DNA of 64,000 nucleotides from Escherichia coli (GTDB lineage Bacteria; Pseudomonadota; Gammaproteobacteria; Enterobacterales; Enterobacteriaceae): NCBI RefSeq assembly GCF_030384885.1, contig NZ_CP128613.1; one strand, 5' to 3'. Shown piece by piece: positions 60,230 to 64,000 of this stretch (position 1 is its first letter; each line of letters starts with the position of its first letter). The notes under the pieces were generated by a model. It saw only the letters and a program-made list of their open reading frames with translations, ran no database searches and was not told where the DNA came from. The position numbers and the translations under genes were made by a program.

Positions 60230-60806
60230 CTAAGTATTGAATGGTGATGTGGTATTTAAAGACATGCTGCTCAATGCTGATTGGCACGCGTTTTCCTTTG
60301 CGATTCAAATAAGTGATTTCCGTGACCAGTTTGCCACTGGCGTTACGCAGTTCGCGTTTGTCACCGTTGTCGCGAAGCGTCCATCCAGCGGGGAGTTGCG
60401 GTTGCCAGGCGCTAATCGGCCAGTGGCTGAGCATCACGTCAGCCAGCACCTGACTTGCTGGCGGCAATTGTGGGACGACGATGGATTGCTCGGCGCGTAG
60501 CCCTTGCGCATCGTAGGTCACCAGAAACAGACGAATGCCGACTGATGACAGTCCGGCAAGGGTGATTTTCTGGTCGTCGGCATTAAGCATCACCAACAGC
60601 GACTGGGTTTTGCCGTTGAAGCTTCCGGTCAACAGTTGCTGGGAATTGACGGCGGGCGATATCCCCGGCGCAGGCAGCGTGATGCGTGTGCCAGGTTGCA
60701 GCCACGCCTGCGGGCGTCCTTCCTGTTCCGGTTGCGAGTGGCTACAGCCGGTGAGGATAAGCGTAGCGGTCAGGGCGAATGCCCGCCAAAAGGTGGGTTT
60801 GATCAT
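60222..60806 (-). CDS. lipoprotein (DUF3261-like; apeN-position)
   Basis: 194-aa ORF with lipobox LILTGCSHS. Confidence 0.7.
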   Translation of the reverse strand: MIKPTFWRAFALTATLILTGCSHSQPEQEGRPQAWLQPGTRITLPAPGISPAVNSQQLLTGSFNGKTQSLLVMLNADDQKITLAGLSSVGIRLFLVTYDAQGLRAEQSIVVPQLPPASQVLADVMLSHWPISAWQPQLPAGWTLRDNGDKRELRNASGKLVTEITYLNRKGKRVPISIEQHVFKYHITIQYLGD

Positions 60807-63118
60807 TTTTTTGTTCTCTTTTTATCGGGCATAGCCAGCGGCGAAAGCAGGAAGGCGGTGAAAATACCGCTCACCAGCACAATGCCAAAACTGCTGATGG
60901 CCTGAGTGGCGCTGAATACCAGCATTCCCAGCGTCAGCAAGGTGGTGAGCATTGCCAGCGTGATCGCCAGTAGGGAAGTTAACGGTGTACCGCGCGAATT
61001 ACTGAAAAACAGCGTGTAGTTGATGCCGATGCCAAGCACCAGCACCAGCGCCAGCAGCGAAAAGAGATTCACCGCCTGCCCGCTCATCGCCAGCACTGCC
61101 AGACCGCAGCCCAGCGAAAGCACCGAAGGCACCAGGCTGATAAGCCCTTTGCGCCAGCCGAGGCGGGCCACTGCGCCGCAGGCAATCACTGCCAGCGCCA
61201 CCAGCAACAAACCGGTTAAGACGTGGCGGTAAAGTGCGAACAATTCATCAAAAGTGTTTTTGCGATCAACCCAGGCAATGCCCTGGTAATAGCTGGCTGT
61301 TTCCTGCAACAACGCGCTACTTTTAACCCCTTCAACCGGCACCAGTACGCCGCTTGCGCCGTTTTCCAGCGTCAGCCACAGCAGACGCCAGCCTTCACTG
61401 GCGGGGCTTGCCAGCCATTCATCGACCTTCACTGGCATGGCGTTGAGATCTGGTTTCAGCGCCGTCAGTCCGGCATTTTGCAGCGCTTTTGTTACCGTCG
61501 GGGCAGCCGTTTTCAGCAGATGTAAATCTTCCTCCTGCCGCGCCAGGGAGTTCAGCGGAATAGTGCGGTAGTTGCTGATAAGACGGTCTTTTTTCGCTTT
61601 CTCCAGCGAGGTGGTAAATTTCTCCAGCCGCCGCAATGTTTGCTGTGGCGAATCGCCGTAAACCACAAACCATTTTTGATCGACGCTTTGTCCGGTCAGG
61701 GCGGTAATGGCTTTTTCCTGCGCCAGAATATGCTGCGGCAGCGCCTGTAACTGCGAGATATCGTCATCGACGCGCAGCATTGACATCCCCGCCAGCGAAA
61801 ACAGCGCCAGCGCGACGGGCAGACCCCGCGACAGTTTTTTATTGCGCCGCCACGCCGCCAGCCAGCGCAGCATCAACGCCATCGCCGGAACCGGACGCAC
61901 CGGCAGGCCACGGCACAGCCACGGATGCCAGAACAGAACGGTCAGACAGGAGGCGCTCAACCCGACGGCGGCAAAAATCGCCATCTGGCGAATGCCGGGG
62001 AAGGGGGCGAGCATCATAATCAGATACGCCGCCACGGTGGTGAGCAGCGCCAGTAGCAAGGCATTGCGCACTTTCACCAGGCTTTGCCACGGCGAAACGT
62101 CATTGCCGTGCACCATCCGCTCGGTAAGGTAATAGAGCGTGTAGTCAGCGGAAATGCCGATAACGCTCATGCTCATCACCAGCGTCATCAGGTGTAATTC
62201 ACCGAAAATCAACAAGGTGGCGACCGTTCCCGCCAGCGCGCCAATGCCGATGGAAATCACGCAAAGCAGCAACGGGCGTAAAGAGCGGAACACCGCCACA
62301 ATCAGTAATATCACCCCCAGCAGCGTTGCCACGCCCAGGGTTGAGATATCCTGCTTCGCCTGTTGACTGGCGTAATCGCTGTAAAACACCGTGCCGCGCG
62401 AGAGCAACTGCGCCTGCGGATAACGCGTTTTCAGATCCTTTTCCAGTGTATTCAGGGTGGTGATCAGCTGGTGGGTTTGCTGCATATCAAACGACGATCC
62501 CGCCAGTTCGCCGTGCAGCAGATACCAGTAGTTGCCCTGGGGATCCTGTGTCACCAGCCAGCCGTCCATCAGCCGCAAACGCTGGCCATTTTTCGCCATC
62601 GCCAGCTGCGAGCCGCGCATTAACATCAGCGGATCATTTTGCAGCTCCTTACCGCTTACCCCGGAGAACGCAGAATAAAGCTGGGAGAGGATCCACTGCG
62701 CCTGCGCTTCGCCGCCGTTTTGCAGGCGCGTGCGGGTGTCGGGGTCAATCAGGCCGTTACGATGCTGCCAGAAAAACGCTCCCCACGCTTGCTGGCTGGC
62801 GGCATCCATTGGCCCTTTAACGTCGCCGAGCGCAGCGGATTTTTGCAGCAGCGTCAGCCATTCCTGAGCCACACTGGGATTAGCCTCTTTACCGGGGCTG
62901 ACCAGCCACACCAGTTGGCGGTCCAGACGCTGCATAAAGCCGTCATTCAGCGCCGGGGGAATATCGCCCATCGCCTGTTTGGGTAACATAGCCAGCACGC
63001 TACTGTTCAGTCGTGATTGCGGCAGCAGGATCAGCAACGCCGCCGCCATGACCAGGCAGATGATCACCCATAACAGCGCCGGGCGTTTACTGGGCGGCAA
63101 AACGTTGGCGTTCGTCAT
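60803..63118 (-). CDS. MMPL/RND-superfamily exporter (apeM-position); true start may lie downstream of 63118
   Basis: 771-aa ORF with two clusters of TM helices separated by periplasmic domains; track start overlaps upstream gene by 32 nt. Confidence 0.8.
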   Translation of the reverse strand: MTNANVLPPSKRPALLWVIICLVMAAALLILLPQSRLNSSVLAMLPKQAMGDIPPALNDGFMQRLDRQLVWLVSPGKEANPSVAQEWLTLLQKSAALGDVKGPMDAASQQAWGAFFWQHRNGLIDPDTRTRLQNGGEAQAQWILSQLYSAFSGVSGKELQNDPLMLMRGSQLAMAKNGQRLRLMDGWLVTQDPQGNYWYLLHGELAGSSFDMQQTHQLITTLNTLEKDLKTRYPQAQLLSRGTVFYSDYASQQAKQDISTLGVATLLGVILLIVAVFRSLRPLLLCVISIGIGALAGTVATLLIFGELHLMTLVMSMSVIGISADYTLYYLTERMVHGNDVSPWQSLVKVRNALLLALLTTVAAYLIMMLAPFPGIRQMAIFAAVGLSASCLTVLFWHPWLCRGLPVRPVPAMALMLRWLAAWRRNKKLSRGLPVALALFSLAGMSMLRVDDDISQLQALPQHILAQEKAITALTGQSVDQKWFVVYGDSPQQTLRRLEKFTTSLEKAKKDRLISNYRTIPLNSLARQEEDLHLLKTAAPTVTKALQNAGLTALKPDLNAMPVKVDEWLASPASEGWRLLWLTLENGASGVLVPVEGVKSSALLQETASYYQGIAWVDRKNTFDELFALYRHVLTGLLLVALAVIACGAVARLGWRKGLISLVPSVLSLGCGLAVLAMSGQAVNLFSLLALVLVLGIGINYTLFFSNSRGTPLTSLLAITLAMLTTLLTLGMLVFSATQAISSFGIVLVSGIFTAFLLSPLAMPDKKRTKK

Positions 63119-63692
63119 CGGTCAGTTGCGCTGGCGTCAGTTGATGTTGGGTAAGAGCGATATCGGTGCGATCGTCCTGTTTATCATTAAGCTGAATGCT
63201 CTCCAGATAGGTTTGCCCGGCGAGATCGATGGTATTGAAAATTTTATCCAGCGGCGTGGTGGTCGGCGTCAGGCGCAGCGTCCAGCGGCCTTCGCCTTTG
63301 TCAGCAAATTCGACGCGGAAGTTTTGTTCCAGCACTTTGCGATCGGCCTGGAACAGCGCGCGCAGCAGGTGGTTAAACTGGAACATCTGCGGGTTATTTT
63401 CTGCCGTGATGATTTGTGGCGGCTGACCGTTGATCACCTGCACCATGCGTTTATCGTCCAGCAATAGCTGCATGGGAAATGGTGAGGTTTGATCCCACAA
63501 TAACCCCTGGTCGCGGGCGATCAACATCTGGCCCTGAGATCGCAGCGGCTGCGGCAGATCTTTAATCGTCCGGGTTTGATCAAAATGGGCGCGGATCACC
63601 GGCTGTTCGGTAAAGCGTTGCTGAAGATCGTCCAGGGTCAGGGCGCTCACAAACGGGCTAATCAGCAGCGCCAGCAGCGGTAAAAATTTCAT
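63087..63692 (-). CDS. LolA-like outer-membrane lipoprotein carrier-fold protein (apeL-position)
   Basis: 201-aa ORF with signal peptide MKFLPLLALLISPFVSA. Confidence 0.75.
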   Translation of the reverse strand: MKFLPLLALLISPFVSALTLDDLQQRFTEQPVIRAHFDQTRTIKDLPQPLRSQGQMLIARDQGLLWDQTSPFPMQLLLDDKRMVQVINGQPPQIITAENNPQMFQFNHLLRALFQADRKVLEQNFRVEFADKGEGRWTLRLTPTTTPLDKIFNTIDLAGQTYLESIQLNDKQDDRTDIALTQHQLTPAQLTDDERQRFAAQ

Positions 63693-64000
63693 GGTTTGAC
63701 TCCCATGCGTTCAAACAGAATATCGGGGCTGACAAAGCACAGTTCGCGGCTTTGCTCGTCGACCGCGACCTGAATGGTGTATCCGGTGGTGGCGCGTTTG
63801 CCCGTTTCGGCATCGAAAATCTGATAGCCAATTCGCAGGCGGTTTTCGAACTCTTCGATATGCGCACGCACGCGGATGCGTTGCTCAAAGGTGAGGGCGT
63901 GGCGATATTTCACCCGCGCATCGACCACTGGCCACAAATAACCCGACTCTTTCATCTGCCGATAGCCGTAATTGAACTGGTTGAGCAGCGCCTCGCGGGC
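63689..64000 (-). CDS. hotdog-fold acyl-CoA/ACP thioesterase (4HBT-like; apeK-position), N-terminus beyond right edge
   Basis: Open minus-strand frame continues without stop to the window end; C-terminal 88+ residues 4HBT-like. Confidence 0.7.
   Translation of the reverse strand, partial: AREALLNQFNYGYRQMKESGYLWPVVDARVKYRHALTFEQRIRVRAHIEEFENRLRIGYQIFDAETGKRATTGYTIQVAVDEQSRELCFVSPDILFERMGVKP

Overview
This window reads as an Escherichia coli-type chromosomal segment, colinear with the K-12 yhjE-treF-gadA / acid fitness island / arsRBC / gor-prlC / uspAB-pitA / yhiJ-rbbA / nikABCDE-nikR / acpT region but in the opposite orientation. All gene names and the K-12 comparison come from recollection of these protein families and not from any database search. 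About 55 CDS are supported, plus the sRNAs gadY, agrA, agrB and a weaker arrS candidate, the 27-codon toxin gene dinQ (below the ORF-track size cutoff), REP/BIME repeats and several recognisable regulatory sites. No rRNA, tRNA, CRISPR array or intact IS element was seen. The main observations are four places where the window appears to differ from K-12: (1) a tightly packed minus-strand operon of type-II FAS/PKS-like genes plus lipid export genes abutting acpT and running off the right edge, matching the distal half of an aryl-polyene-type cluster; (2) a divergent ArsR-family regulator / cysteine-rich permease pair between arsC and yhiS; (3) intact AT-rich paralogs yhiL and yhiJ carrying PPP-phosphatase-like motifs, and an intact yhiS with tandem pentapeptide repeats; (4) yhhJ directly abutting nikR with no Rhs element. 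Coordinates of RNA genes and regulatory sites are approximate.
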